From Raja brachyura (Eukaryota), in assembly GCA_963514005.1 (NCBI GenBank), contig OY740796.1:14260001-14324000 (forward strand): DNA of 64,000 nucleotides, given 5' to 3'. A model generated the notes under the pieces. It did not search any database, was not told the origin of the DNA, and saw only the letters and a program-made list of their open reading frames with translations. A program made the position numbers and the translations under genes. Below are positions 63,006 through 64,000 of the stretch, one piece after another; position 1 is the first letter of the stretch; each line of letters opens with the position of its first letter.

Positions 63006-63899
63006 TAAAATGATAACCTTCAATACAATTGTTCCAGAATTCTGCATGTTCAAACGTAGTAAATGTTATCCTGTGGTGGACAATGAATGAAGAGCACAAA
63101 CAGGGAAGTGTTAAAAATGGCCTGCATTCCTCTGCAGTTCAAACTGGTGAAAAGCATGTCTTAATCCTTGATGGAAGCACTCAGACATCCTCCTACCGGC
63201 CACAGGATGAGAGAACAGGAACAGTCTGTGCTGTTTCACACACAGACAAAACAAACAGGAGCAGAGAAAAAGTGGTGCCACAAAAATCCCAACTATTTCT
63301 CCTTGCAGAGGTCATCTCACTTTCCAAGAAGTTGTTTTGCAAAGGTATAAATCTCCAAACCTTTCCATTGGCTCCAGTCAGCTGTCTTACATAGGGCCGA
63401 TTCTTCCTACTAAGAGACGTTCTGTCACTGGGAATAGTCAAGCCTGTGTTAGGGTGGTGCGTTTGACCGGGTCCCGTGTGAAGCCTTTTATTCCATCATA
63501 CTGCCGTTGCAGTCACTGTGCGTCAGGGAGAGGGGACAGCGGGGAAGATTGCGGGACGCTGCGAGTCACACTCCTGAGTCAGATTTCCAACACACCTTTG
63601 TTATTTTGCCCCGCAGCTTGTGAGCTCGGGAAGAAATGTGCCTTCTCGCACTGACGTGAGTGAAAAGGGCGGCTGCCAACCAAGATGATCTCACAGCTGA
63701 TGCGATGCACAAATCGGGTGAGGATCTCTTGGTCTGTTGGTATTTCCACCAACAACAGAATATAAAGGGAGCATTCAACAAACATTGTGAACGGAAAAAA
63801 GTACCACGCAGCAATTATAGGAGAGAATGTTGGAACAGATCTAATTCAAAAAAATTATACTTAAATAGTCAAACCCAAGGGATTAATCAAGAGTGACTT

Positions 63900-64000
63900 C
63901 TATGTTCATAAATGATAGGAGCAGAATTAGACCATTTGGCCCATCGAGTCTACACCGCTATTCAATCATGGCTGATTTATCTTTCCTTCTCATCCCCATT
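63900..64000 (-). mobile_element. CR1 tail (runs off window)
   Basis: Same sequence as 57230-57330. Confidence 0.75.

Noticed and set aside
63608-63654. CPAACELGKKCAFSH as a CCCH zinc finger
   Set aside because: Spacing is incomplete, a stop follows immediately and no supporting exons were found.

Overview
Vertebrate genomic DNA, very likely a cartilaginous fish (skate/ray-like), inferred from HE1-type tRNA-derived V-SINEs, HER1/CR1 LINEs and Penelope-derived repeats. The + strand carries the 3' portion of SETD5. Ten coding exons (2253-35012) splice into one continuous frame of about 940 codons. They include a 57-nt frame-preserving cassette-like exon and a non-canonical GC-AG intron, followed by a ~1.2 kb 3'UTR. 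On the - strand, tail-to-tail with SETD5, I reconstructed a complete 3-exon gene (49396->44834) that the ORF track does not show. It encodes a 110-aa secreted beta-microseminoprotein/PSP94-family (MSMP/MSMB-like) protein with a TATA promoter, and it has lost both cysteines of one conserved disulfide. The rest is intron and intergenic DNA dense in transposons: CR1, Rex/Babar, SINEs, a Neptune-type Penelope element, many short fold-back Penelope derivatives with target-site duplications and hammerhead-ribozyme core motifs, a Tc2/Kanga-like element and a palindromic Harbinger-like MITE. Homologue comparisons are from memory, not from searches. Repeat boundaries are approximate.
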